Source of the DNA: Rhodobacter capsulatus SB 1003 | Lineage (GTDB): Bacteria; Pseudomonadota; Alphaproteobacteria; Rhodobacterales; Rhodobacteraceae | Direction: 5' to 3' | Assembly (NCBI RefSeq): GCF_000021865.1 | Contig: NC_014034.1 | Span: forward strand, 90,001 to 122,000 | DNA length: 32,000 nucleotides | In this document: positions 7,941 to 16,668 of the stretch, one piece after another | How the letters are laid out: the number at the start of each line of letters is the position of its first letter | Position numbering within the stretch: position 1 is the first letter of the stretch | The notes under the pieces: model-generated | Seen by the model: the letters and a program-made list of their open reading frames with translations, nothing else | Database searches by the model: none | What the model was told of the DNA's origin: nothing | Translations under genes and position numbers: made by a program

Positions 7941-8185
7941 CCATTCAGCTCAAGGACATGAAGATCGGCGCCCGGGGCCGGGTGGTGCGTCTGGCCGGTG
8001 GTGCGGGCGGCTATCGGGCGAAACTTCTGTCGATGGGGCTGACGCCCGGGGCCGAATTCACCGTGCAGCGGGTGGCGCCGATGGGCGATCCCGTGGAAAT
8101 CGCGCTCCGCGGCTTCCGTCTGACCCTGCGCAAGGCCGAGGCCGATGCCCTGCAGGTTGAAATGCTGTCGGAGAACGCACAATGA
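7937..8185 (+). CDS. feoA: FeoA-domain protein (second copy)
   Basis: 82 aa (LLSMGLTPGAEFTVQRVAPMGDPVEIALRGFRLTLRKAEADALQV). Has an ATGA overlap with feoB. Confidence 0.85.
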   Translation: MTIQLKDMKIGARGRVVRLAGGAGGYRAKLLSMGLTPGAEFTVQRVAPMGDPVEIALRGFRLTLRKAEADALQVEMLSENAQ

Positions 8186-10521
8186 AGAAACTGATCGTCG
8201 GCACCGTCGGCAACCCGAACTGCGGCAAGACCACCCTGTTCAACGCGCTGACCGGCGCCCGGCAACAGGTCGGCAACTGGCCCGGCGTCACCGTGGAACG
8301 CAAGTCGGGCAAGTTCCGCGACGGCACGACCGAGGTCGAGCTGATCGACCTTCCGGGCACCTATTCGCTGGATGCCTCCGAGGGGGATCTGTCGCTGGAC
8401 GAACAGATCGCCCGCGATTTCGTCGCCGCGCGGGAAGCCGATGTGGTGCTGAACATCGTCGATGCCTCGAACCTGGAACGCAACCTCTATCTGACCGCGC
8501 AGCTGCTGGAGATGAAGGTTCCGGTGGTGCTGGCGGTGAACATGATCGACATCGCCGAGGCCCGCGGCCTGAAACTGGATCTGGCGGCGCTTTCTGCAAG
8601 CCTTGGCTGCCCGGTTTACGGCGTCGTCGCGGCCGAGGGCCGGGGCGTCGCCGCGCTCAAGGCCGGTCTCGCCGCGCTGGGCCACGAGATCGTTCAGCCG
8701 CACCGGGCCAGCTTTCACGCCGCGCCGGTGCAGGCCGCCGTCGCCGCCCTGCGCCCGCAGATCGAGCCGCTGGCCACCGCGCGCGGATTGGAGGCCGACT
8801 GGGCCGCGCTCTCGCTTCTGGAAAGCGACAGCCTTCTGGGCGACACGCCCGATCCGGCGCTGGTCGCCGCGCTGACGAAAGCCCGCAAGGATCTGACCGA
8901 AAAACTGGGCGAGGATATCGACATCGTCCTTGCCGATGCCCGTTACGGCTTCATCGGGCAGGTGATGGCGGCCACGATCCGCGACCAGCGCCGGGTGTCG
9001 GAAACCACCTCGGACCGGATCGACCGGGTGGTGCTGAACCGCATCTTCGGCGTGCCGATCTTCCTTGCGCTGATGTATCTGATGTTCCTGTTCACCATCG
9101 ATATCGGCGGCGCCTTCATCGACTTTTTCGACATCGCCGCGGGGGCGATCTTTGTCGACTGGCTGGGCAATGCGCTTTCCGCCATCGGCACCCCCGACTG
9201 GCTGCGCGAGATCCTCGCCACCGGCCTTGGCGGCGGCGTGCAGACGGTGGCGACCTTCATTCCGGTCGTCGTCTTCCTGTTCCTCTTCCTCTCGGCGCTG
9301 GAGGATTCCGGCTACATGGCCCGGGCGGCCTTTGTGATGGACCGCGCGATGCGGGCGATCGGCCTGCCCGGCAAGGCCTTCGTGCCGCTCATTGTCGGCT
9401 TTGGCTGCAACGTGCCCGCAGTCATGGCCACCCGCACCATCGAGCGGCACCGCGACCGGCTGATGACGATCCTGATGGCGCCCTTCATGTCCTGCGGCGC
9501 GCGGCTGCCGGTTTACGCGCTGTTTGCCGCCGTGTTCTTCCCCGGTCATGGCGGGCTGATCGTGTTCAGCCTTTACATGGCGGGGATCGGGGTGGCGATC
9601 CTCTCGGGCCTCGTGATGAAATCGACGCTGCTCTCGGGCCCGGTCACGCCTTTCGTGATGGAACTGCCGCCCTATCACGTGCCGACGCTGAAGGGCGTCG
9701 TGATCCGCACCTGGGAAAAGACCCGCAATTTCGTCACCCAGGCGACGAAAATCATCGTGCCGATGGTGATGGTGCTGAACGTGCTGAACTCGATGGGCAC
9801 GGATGGCAGCTTCGGCAATGCCGACAGCCGCAATTCGGTGCTCAGCGAAATCGGCCGCTCGATCACCCCGATCTTCGCCCCGATGGGCATGACCGAGGAA
9901 AACTGGCCCGCCGCCGTCGGTGTTTTCACCGGCATTCTGGCGAAAGAGGCCGTCGTCGGCACGCTGGATGCGCTTTATGCCGAGGCGGGCAAGGCCGATG
10001 CCGCCGCCGCGTCCGCGTCCGGGGCCGCGGAAGAAACCCCGGCCGAGGAAGAGGCGCCCTTCAGCCTTCCCGCCGCGCTGGGCGAAGCCGTGGCCACCGT
10101 GCCTGCGAACCTCGGCGATGCGCTGGCGAACTGGACCGACCCGCTCGGCCTGGGCGAGATCGAGGCGCAGGCGGGCGCCAATGCCACCCCCACCGGCCAG
10201 GCGATGCTGACCCGTTTCGACGGCGCCGCCGGGGCCTATGCCTACCTGCTGTTCATACTGCTTTACTTCCCCTGCACCGCGGCCCTTGCGGCGATGGTGC
10301 GGGAAGCCGGCATGGGCTGGACCGTCTTCGTGGCGGGCTGGGCGACGGCGGTGGGCTGGATCCTTGGCACCGGCGTCTATCAGGCGGCGCGGTTCAGCCT
10401 GCATCCCGGGGCCTCGGCAAGCTGGCTGATCGGTCTGGCGCTGGTCTCGGCGGCGATGTTCGGCGGGCTGCGGCTCTGGGCGAACCGGGCCGAGCGCGCC
10501 CGCACGGTGGCGGCGCAATAG
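8182..10521 (+). CDS. feoB: Ferrous iron transporter FeoB
   Basis: 779 aa with an N-terminal G-domain (GNPNCGKTTLFNALTG, DLPGTYS, NMID) followed by the polytopic permease domain. Confidence 0.95.
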   Translation: MKKLIVGTVGNPNCGKTTLFNALTGARQQVGNWPGVTVERKSGKFRDGTTEVELIDLPGTYSLDASEGDLSLDEQIARDFVAAREADVVLNIVDASNLERNLYLTAQLLEMKVPVVLAVNMIDIAEARGLKLDLAALSASLGCPVYGVVAAEGRGVAALKAGLAALGHEIVQPHRASFHAAPVQAAVAALRPQIEPLATARGLEADWAALSLLESDSLLGDTPDPALVAALTKARKDLTEKLGEDIDIVLADARYGFIGQVMAATIRDQRRVSETTSDRIDRVVLNRIFGVPIFLALMYLMFLFTIDIGGAFIDFFDIAAGAIFVDWLGNALSAIGTPDWLREILATGLGGGVQTVATFIPVVVFLFLFLSALEDSGYMARAAFVMDRAMRAIGLPGKAFVPLIVGFGCNVPAVMATRTIERHRDRLMTILMAPFMSCGARLPVYALFAAVFFPGHGGLIVFSLYMAGIGVAILSGLVMKSTLLSGPVTPFVMELPPYHVPTLKGVVIRTWEKTRNFVTQATKIIVPMVMVLNVLNSMGTDGSFGNADSRNSVLSEIGRSITPIFAPMGMTEENWPAAVGVFTGILAKEAVVGTLDALYAEAGKADAAAASASGAAEETPAEEEAPFSLPAALGEAVATVPANLGDALANWTDPLGLGEIEAQAGANATPTGQAMLTRFDGAAGAYAYLLFILLYFPCTAALAAMVREAGMGWTVFVAGWATAVGWILGTGVYQAARFSLHPGASASWLIGLALVSAAMFGGLRLWANRAERARTVAAQ

Positions 10522-10530
10522 GAGGCGGCG

Positions 10531-10767
10531 ATGGCCCTGCAAGACATTCAAGACTACGTCGCCCGGGTCGGCCGGGCGAGCCTGCGCGATCTGAGCCTGC
10601 ATTTCGGCTCCTCTCCCGAGGCGATGCGGGACATGGCCGGGCGGCTCGTCCGCAAGGGACGGCTTGTCCTTGCGGTCGAGGAGGCCGCCTGCTGCGGCTG
10701 CAAGTCGAAGGAGGGCTGCGCCTCGGCGGAATATTACTGCCTGCCTCAGCCCAGCGACGCGGCCTGA
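10531..10767 (+). CDS. feoC: FeoC-like winged-helix protein with Cys cluster
   Basis: 78 aa directly after feoB, with a wHTH-like N-terminus (LQDIQDYVARVGRASLRDLSLHFG) and a CCGCKSKEGC cluster. Confidence 0.75.
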   Translation: MALQDIQDYVARVGRASLRDLSLHFGSSPEAMRDMAGRLVRKGRLVLAVEEAACCGCKSKEGCASAEYYCLPQPSDAA

Positions 10768-10772
10768 GGCAG
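10741..10772. terminator. Convergent hairpin containing both the feoC and hmuV stop codons
   Basis: 9-bp arms CTGCCTCAG (10741-10749) and CTGAGGCAG (10764-10772) with a 14-nt loop. There is no U-tract on either strand. Confidence 0.35.
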
Positions 10773-11525
10773 AAGCCACACCCCCTTGCGCGGCGCGGTG
10801 TTGAGACAGAGCTGACAGCGATAGGCCCGTGACAGAAGCGGCGCCGTCATCACCCGCTCGGGCGGGCCGGAGGCTGCAATCCGGCCCGCTTCCATCAGGA
10901 TCATCGCATCGGCATGCATCGCGGTCAGGTTCAGATCGTGCATCACCGCGACCACGCCGCCGCCCGCATCGGCAAAGCGGCGCAGCACCGCCATCACCTG
11001 CAGCTGATGCCCGATGTCCAAGGCCGCCACCGGCTCATCGACGAAAAGCCAGGCCGGGCGGCCCTCTGCGACCGGCTCCCAGACCTGCGCGCGCACCCGC
11101 GCCAGATGGCCCCGCGCCTGCTCGCCCCCCGACATGTCCTGAAAGAAGCCGTCGATCTTCGCCGCCAGACCGACCTCGGCCAGCGCGGCCTCGACCACGC
11201 CCGGCCGGGCGGCACTGGCCCCGGCCTGATGGCCCATCGCCACCACCTCGCGCAGGGTGAAGGGAAAACCAAGCGTCGCCGCCTGCGGCAGCACCCCCCG
11301 GCGCAGGGCCAGAGCGCGGGGCGAGAGTTTCGCCACCGGCTCGCCCTCCAGCAGAACCACGCCGCCGCCCGGCAGATCCCCGGTCAGGCGGCGCAGAAGC
11401 GTCGTCTTGCCCGATCCGTTCGGTCCGACGATGGCGGTGATCTGTCCCGGCCGGGCCTCGACATCGAGCCGGTGCAGCACCTCGCGCCCGCCCAGTTTCG
11501 CGGTGATCTCTGTGGCAATCAGCAT
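10746..11525 (-). CDS. hmuV: Heme ABC importer ATP-binding protein
   Basis: Walker A GPNGSGKTTLL, signature MSGGEQ and Walker B LFVDEP. Last gene of the hmuRSTUV-like string. Confidence 0.85.
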   Translation of the reverse strand: MLIATEITAKLGGREVLHRLDVEARPGQITAIVGPNGSGKTTLLRRLTGDLPGGGVVLLEGEPVAKLSPRALALRRGVLPQAATLGFPFTLREVVAMGHQAGASAARPGVVEAALAEVGLAAKIDGFFQDMSGGEQARGHLARVRAQVWEPVAEGRPAWLFVDEPVAALDIGHQLQVMAVLRRFADAGGGVVAVMHDLNLTAMHADAMILMEAGRIAASGPPERVMTAPLLSRAYRCQLCLNTAPRKGVWLLPQAASLG

Positions 11526-11528
11526 CGG

Positions 11529-12593
11529 TCAAATCTCCACGACGGCACGGCGGGCCAGGAGGATCCACAGGAACACCGGGGCGCCGATCAGCGCCATGAT
11601 GATGCCGATGGGCAATTCGGAAGGGGCCACGACCAGCCGCGCGACGGTATCGGCGGCAACCAGCAGCGCCGCGCCAAAGAGCGCCGAAAGCGGCAACAGC
11701 AGCCGGTGCGAGGGCCCGATGGCAAGGCGCAGGATATGCGGCACGACGATGCCCAGAAAGCCGATGCCGCCCGAAACCGCCACCGCCGCGCCGGTCATCG
11801 CCGCCACCGACAGGATCGCGCCGCGTTTCACCCGCTCGACCGGCACGCCCATGTGATGCGCCACCGCCTCGCCCAAAGCCATCGCATCCAGACCGCGCGC
11901 CAGAAACGGCGCAGCCGCAAGCCCCGCCAGCAGGATCGGCGCGGCGGCGCTCAGTTTCAGCCAGTTCGCCCCGGCCAATGATCCAAGCCCCCAGAAGGTC
12001 AGGTCGCGCAGCTGGTTGTCATCGGCGAGATAGATCAGGATCCCGGTCACCGCGCCCGCAAGCGCACCGAGCACGATCCCCGCCAGAAGCAGCGTCGCGA
12101 TCGAGGTTTGCCCGCGCAGGCTGGCGATCCGCGCAAGGATCAGCACCGCCGCCCAGCCGCCCGCAAAGGCCGCCAGCGGCACGACATAGGGCCCGGTTGC
12201 GGCCCGGAACGCCGCGGGCAGCAGGCCGCCCAGAACGATCGCGGCCACAGCGCCCAGCCCCGCCCCGGCGCCAACGCCCACCAGCCCCGGATCGGCCAGG
12301 GGATTGCGGAAAAGCCCCTGCATCAGCGCCCCCGATACAGCCAGGGCCGCGCCGACCAGCGCCCCCATGAACAACCGCGGCAGACGGATATCGAGCAAGA
12401 TCGCCGTCTCGACCGGCGACAGATCGCGGATCAGCGGCTCCCAGGGCAGAAGCCCCGAGGCGCCAAGGCTCAGGCTTGCCGCCGCCGCCAGCACAAGCGC
12501 AGAAAGCAGCGCCGCCGTCACCAAGGGCACCGGCAGCCGTTGCGGCAGCCCCACCTGGCGCGGTCGCGGCGCGGCAAGCGTCGTTTCGGCCAT
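11529..12593 (-). CDS. hmuU: Heme ABC importer permease (FecCD family)
   Basis: FecCD-type polytopic protein. The start was trimmed to ATG 12593 (MAETTL...), immediately after the hmuT stop at 12595-12597. Confidence 0.85.
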   Translation of the reverse strand: MAETTLAAPRPRQVGLPQRLPVPLVTAALLSALVLAAAASLSLGASGLLPWEPLIRDLSPVETAILLDIRLPRLFMGALVGAALAVSGALMQGLFRNPLADPGLVGVGAGAGLGAVAAIVLGGLLPAAFRAATGPYVVPLAAFAGGWAAVLILARIASLRGQTSIATLLLAGIVLGALAGAVTGILIYLADDNQLRDLTFWGLGSLAGANWLKLSAAAPILLAGLAAAPFLARGLDAMALGEAVAHHMGVPVERVKRGAILSVAAMTGAAVAVSGGIGFLGIVVPHILRLAIGPSHRLLLPLSALFGAALLVAADTVARLVVAPSELPIGIIMALIGAPVFLWILLARRAVVEI

Positions 12594-12594
12594 C

Positions 12595-13440
12595 TTACGG
12601 CGCCTTCGGATGAAGCGCGGCATGCAGCGCGGTGATCGCCTCGGGCGTGCGGGGACCAAAGCCCAGAAGCAGCATCCCGTCCATCCGCACGACGCGGCCC
12701 GCCTGTCCGGCGGGCGTCGCGGCCAGCGCCGGATGGCTGGCCAGATCGGCTGCACCATGATCGCCCGCGTCCTCGCCCGTGCGCGCCATCATCAGGATCA
12801 CCTCGGGCGCCGCAGCTGCAATCGCCTCGTCGCCCAGCGCCTTGTAGCCCGCAAAGCCGGTCAGCGCATTCTGCCCGCCCGCGAGCGCGATCATCGCCGC
12901 GGCCGAGGTGCCCGTGCCCGCCCCGGTCAGCCGCCCGCCGGAATTCGACAGGACAAACAGCACCCGCGGCTTCGGCCGGCTGTCCTGCGCGACCTGCGCC
13001 AGAGCCGCCGTCATCTCGGCGTCCAGCCGGTCGGCCAGCGCTGCGCCCTTGTCCGCCACGCCCAAAGCCGCGGCCACGGTGCGGATCTTGTCCAGAACCG
13101 CTTCGGGGCTGTGCCCCTCGGGCACGGGGACAAGCGTCACCCCGGTTTCGCGCAGGGTTTCCAGCGTTTCCGGCGGGCCTGCGCCCTCGGTCAAAAGGAT
13201 CAGGTCGGGCGCGACCGACAGCACGCCTTCGGGCGAAAGCGCGCGCATGTAGCCCACGTCGGGCAGGGCGGTGATCGTCGCCGGATAGGTCGAGGTGGTG
13301 TCGCGCCCGACCAGGCGGCCCGCCTCGCCCAGAGCCGCGACCACCTCGGTCACGCCGCCGCCGATCGAGAGCACGCGGTCTTGCGCGGCAAGCCAGCCCG
13401 GCAGCAGCGCAAGCACCGTGGCACAGACAAGCGTCCTCAT
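12595..13440 (-). CDS. hmuT: Periplasmic heme-binding protein
   Basis: Signal peptide MRTLVCATVLALLPGWLAAQ and a class III (helical-backbone) SBP pattern. ATG 13440 forms an ATGA overlap with the hmuS stop. Confidence 0.8.
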   Translation of the reverse strand: MRTLVCATVLALLPGWLAAQDRVLSIGGGVTEVVAALGEAGRLVGRDTTSTYPATITALPDVGYMRALSPEGVLSVAPDLILLTEGAGPPETLETLRETGVTLVPVPEGHSPEAVLDKIRTVAAALGVADKGAALADRLDAEMTAALAQVAQDSRPKPRVLFVLSNSGGRLTGAGTGTSAAAMIALAGGQNALTGFAGYKALGDEAIAAAAPEVILMMARTGEDAGDHGAADLASHPALAATPAGQAGRVVRMDGMLLLGFGPRTPEAITALHAALHPKAP

Positions 13441-14486
13441 TCCGCCGCCTCCCGCAGCGGGGCATCGGGCAGTTCGGCCACCAGCGTGTTCCATTCGGCC
13501 ACTGCCTGCGCCCCCGCCCGCAGCACCCCGAAGATCTGCGCGATCAGCAGGCCGCGCGCATCGAAGAACTCTACCGAATGGGCGGGGCCGCGGGCGGTGT
13601 TCTTCACCACGGCATAGATTTCCGCGATCTCGTCCATGCGCAGATGCAGATCAAACCCGTGATCAAAAAGCGTGATCCAGGGCCCGGCATCGCCCACCCG
13701 GCCGACCGGGCCGGTGTGGATCTCGATGCAGCCGCGGTTGCCGACGAAGATCATGATCGGCACCTCGATTTCGGCGGCACGATACAGCAGCCGCTCGACC
13801 GAGCCCGGGGCCAGCCGCCGCACGAAAGGCGCCCCGGCCAGCCGATAGGCGCCCAGCCGGTTCATCTTCAGCTTCGCGCACAGGCGCAGGAATTGATGCG
13901 TGTCTTCCAGCGCCGCCCAGCCCGCGCGCAGATCCTCCAGCCGGGCCGGGTTCGTCTTGGCGACCTCGGGCGGCTGCCGCGGCGCCAGCGCCAGCGCCGA
14001 GGCCTGATCGGCAAGCCGCAGATCGTCCAGCAGCGGCTGCCACTGCCCGACATCGCTGCCCGGGCGCAGATGCACCTTGTGCACCGCATCCCCCGCCGCA
14101 TCAAAGATCTGCAACGAGCGTTTCAGCCCCTTCTCCGTCTCCTCCTCCAGCGCGAAGGCATGCACCCACTGCGCCGGAAAGATCCGCAGGTCGATTTCCT
14201 CGTTCACCACCAGCGCCGCATGGGGCCCCGGCCGGTAATCGTCATAGACGCCGACCTTTTCGATCACGCAGGCATCGTTGCGGGTCAGCGCCATCAGCGG
14301 CCCGAAGGCGGTCAGCCGCGGCATCAGCAGATCGGGGCTGGCGGCGATCCTCGTGGCGCCAAAGCCCACCAGAGCGGCGCAGATCTCGGCTTCTGCCAGA
14401 CCCAGCTGGCTGGCCAGATCGCGGGCATGCAGGCGGCGGTCCAGCGCACGGACCTTGCGGATGTCTTCGGGGCTGAGCGGCGTCAT
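13437..14486 (-). CDS. hmuS: Heme-degrading/shuttling protein (HemS/ChuS/HmuS family)
   Basis: 349 aa with the two-repeat HemS/ChuS-like architecture. ATG 14486 is preceded by AAGGAGA. Track ORF trimmed from 14642. Confidence 0.85.
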   Translation of the reverse strand: MTPLSPEDIRKVRALDRRLHARDLASQLGLAEAEICAALVGFGATRIAASPDLLMPRLTAFGPLMALTRNDACVIEKVGVYDDYRPGPHAALVVNEEIDLRIFPAQWVHAFALEEETEKGLKRSLQIFDAAGDAVHKVHLRPGSDVGQWQPLLDDLRLADQASALALAPRQPPEVAKTNPARLEDLRAGWAALEDTHQFLRLCAKLKMNRLGAYRLAGAPFVRRLAPGSVERLLYRAAEIEVPIMIFVGNRGCIEIHTGPVGRVGDAGPWITLFDHGFDLHLRMDEIAEIYAVVKNTARGPAHSVEFFDARGLLIAQIFGVLRAGAQAVAEWNTLVAELPDAPLREAAE

Positions 14487-14511
14487 CGGCTCTCCTTTCA
14501 TGGGGCGGAAG

Positions 14512-14542
14512 GGATCTCGGAAACGGATCTCAGAAACGGATC
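14512..14542. repeat. 13-bp tandem repeat (2.4 copies) spanning the hmuR stop codon
   Basis: GGATCTCGGAAAC (14512-14524), GGATCTCAGAAAC (14525-14537) and GGATC (14538-14542). The hmuR stop (tca, 14530-14532) lies in copy 2. Confidence 0.85.
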
Positions 14543-16533
14543 GAGGTGCCGACATGCAGGGTGCGGCCCTGCCCGTTTTCAGAGGCATTGGCCGACAGCC
14601 AGGGCGCATAGACCTCGTCGAAGACATTCGTGACCTTGGCATAGATCACCGCGTCGTCGGTCACGTCATAGCTGGCGAACAGATCGACCAGCTCGTAGCT
14701 GTCGTCCTTCTGATAGGGCGTCGAGGTGTAGGCGTCGGTGAAAAGCCCGCCCGAGACATGGGTATATTGCGCCCCGACCGTCAGCCGATCCGCCATGAAA
14801 TCGCGCGAAAGCCGGACGGAAACGGTGTCATCGGGCAGATATTGCCCGGCGCCAAGGCCCGGGGTCTGGCTGGGCAGATGGCTGGAATTGTGGGTATAGC
14901 TCAGGCCCAGATCGAAGGCGCGGTGGGCATAGTCCAGCTCGATCTCCACCCCCTCGGTTTCCGTCCTGCCGGGCACGTTGACAAAGGCCGCGCCGGTCTG
15001 GCCGAAGGCATTGGTGAAGGCCATCGAGCTGACGATGTAATTCTCCACCTCCATGTTGTAGTAATTCACCCGCCCGGTCAGCCGGTCGCCCTCGGCGAAA
15101 AGCCCTGCACGATCCAGGGTGAAGCCCAGTTCGACCCCCTCTTCCGTCTCGGCCTCCAGCCGCGGGTTGGCGATCATGCCGATGCCGCCGCCCGGATGGC
15201 TGCCACCCAGCATGGTTTCCTGCAGCGTCGGCGAGCGCATCGCCCGCGACAGCGTCACATAGGGCTGGACCCAGTCGGTCGCCTGATACGCCAGCGTCAG
15301 CTTCGGATCGAGCGAGGTATTCTTGATGTCGATCGTGCCCTGCGAGGCCTCTCCGTCCAGCCGATAGGAATTCGCCCGCAGCCCCGCGGTGATTTCCCAT
15401 TTGCCCTGAACGAAGACGTTTTCCGAAAAGGCCGAGAGCCTGCGCGCCTTGCCCGTGGTCGGGTTCACCCCGCCCTTGGTTCCGCCCAGACTGTCCTGCG
15501 ACGCCTCGATGCCGTTCACGCTGGTCAGCTGCCAGCCGCCAAAGCGCAGCTCTGACGTGTTCGTCACGTCCAGCCCGCCCGTCTCGGTCGACATGTTGCG
15601 CCCGACCGCCGAAGCAAAGGGAGAGCTGCCGCGCAGCCAGTCGGTCTCGGTCCTGGCGAGATAGGCATTCACCCGCAGGTCGATCAGCTTCGAGCCGGGG
15701 TCGTAGTGATAGCCGATCTTCGCCACATCATTCGTCAGATGCTGGAAATAGCTCGTGGCGAAAAAGTCGGTCTCGTAGCGCATCAGCGAAAAGGTCAGCC
15801 GCTGGCTCTCGGTCAGGTCATAGCCCAGCTTCAGCAGCGCCGAGGAAATGTCGGTGCCGGTATTGGCGACCTCGATGCCGTCGCCGTCCTCGTAGCTGTC
15901 GCCGCTGTGGCGGCTGATCGCGGCCAGCGCGTCGAACCGCCCCGCCTTCACCGCCGCCGCCGCCATCCCCGAGGTGGTGTCGCCGTTCGAGGCATGGTCC
16001 AGCCGCACCAGCCCGCCCCGGCTCTGCCCCTCCTTCAGCACGTCGCCCACATCAAGCGTGCGGAAATTCGCCGAACCGGCGATGCCCGACCCGCCCAGCC
16101 CGGTCACCGGACCGCGCGTGATGTCGATCCCCGAAAGCAGGTTTTCATCCACGAAAACATAGCCCTGCGCCGCATGGCCGGTCAGGCGGAAGCTTTGCGG
16201 CACGCCATCCACCGACATCGCCACCCGGCCCGAGCCCTCGAAGCCGCGGATATTCACCGAAACGCCCGGATTGCCCGGATCCTTTTGCGTGAAGACCGAG
16301 GTCTGCACCCGCAACAGCCCGTCGACATCGGTGGTGCTGGTGGCGCCGCGCAGGTCGTCGCCGGTCAGATGGGTGGCGTTTTCCCCCGCAAGGATCGGCG
16401 TGCCGTCCTCGGCGTAACCGATCACGATCTGACCAAGCCAGGTCGTGTCGTCAGCCTGTTCGGGCGCAAGCGGCAGCGACAGCGCGGTCGAGCAAAGCAG
16501 AAAGGCGGCAAAGTGCCGGGAAAGGCGGCGCAT
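14530..16533 (-). CDS. hmuR: TonB-dependent heme/hemoglobin receptor
   Basis: 667 aa with a signal peptide, plug domain motifs (NIRGFEGSGRVAMSVDGVPQ) and a C-terminal barrel ending in ...VGTSIRF. Sits at the head of the hmuSTUV genes. Confidence 0.85.
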   Translation of the reverse strand: MRRLSRHFAAFLLCSTALSLPLAPEQADDTTWLGQIVIGYAEDGTPILAGENATHLTGDDLRGATSTTDVDGLLRVQTSVFTQKDPGNPGVSVNIRGFEGSGRVAMSVDGVPQSFRLTGHAAQGYVFVDENLLSGIDITRGPVTGLGGSGIAGSANFRTLDVGDVLKEGQSRGGLVRLDHASNGDTTSGMAAAAVKAGRFDALAAISRHSGDSYEDGDGIEVANTGTDISSALLKLGYDLTESQRLTFSLMRYETDFFATSYFQHLTNDVAKIGYHYDPGSKLIDLRVNAYLARTETDWLRGSSPFASAVGRNMSTETGGLDVTNTSELRFGGWQLTSVNGIEASQDSLGGTKGGVNPTTGKARRLSAFSENVFVQGKWEITAGLRANSYRLDGEASQGTIDIKNTSLDPKLTLAYQATDWVQPYVTLSRAMRSPTLQETMLGGSHPGGGIGMIANPRLEAETEEGVELGFTLDRAGLFAEGDRLTGRVNYYNMEVENYIVSSMAFTNAFGQTGAAFVNVPGRTETEGVEIELDYAHRAFDLGLSYTHNSSHLPSQTPGLGAGQYLPDDTVSVRLSRDFMADRLTVGAQYTHVSGGLFTDAYTSTPYQKDDSYELVDLFASYDVTDDAVIYAKVTNVFDEVYAPWLSANASENGQGRTLHVGTSIRF

Positions 16534-16600
16534 GGGTGTCTCCAGTCAAAAGCGGCTCTGGGCTTTGCTGGCAATGCGCTGGCAGTCCTTCATCTGCCGG

Positions 16601-16630
16601 GATCATCATTATCCTAGTCATTTTGTCAAG
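16601..16630 (-). promoter_or_regulatory. hmuR upstream control region: Fur-box-like half site plus IscR-like half site / -35
   Basis: Minus strand reads CTTGACAAAATGACTAGGATAATGATGATC. GATAATGATGATC matches 12/13 of the first 13 nt of the Fur consensus GATAATGATAATCATTATC. TTCTTGAC is shared with the feo leader. Confidence 0.3.
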
Positions 16631-16668
16631 AAATGGTTTTTGCCGCGCCGAAGTCAGGTTGGGGGCGT

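Noticed and set aside
8011-10779. 922-aa ORF antisense to feoB (also 8145-10832, + strand, alternative frame)
   Set aside because: Arg/Gly/Pro/Ala-rich low-complexity translation with no recognisable motifs. It lies entirely opposite or out of frame to a gene with unmistakable FeoB motifs. Long stop-free antisense frames are expected at this GC content.
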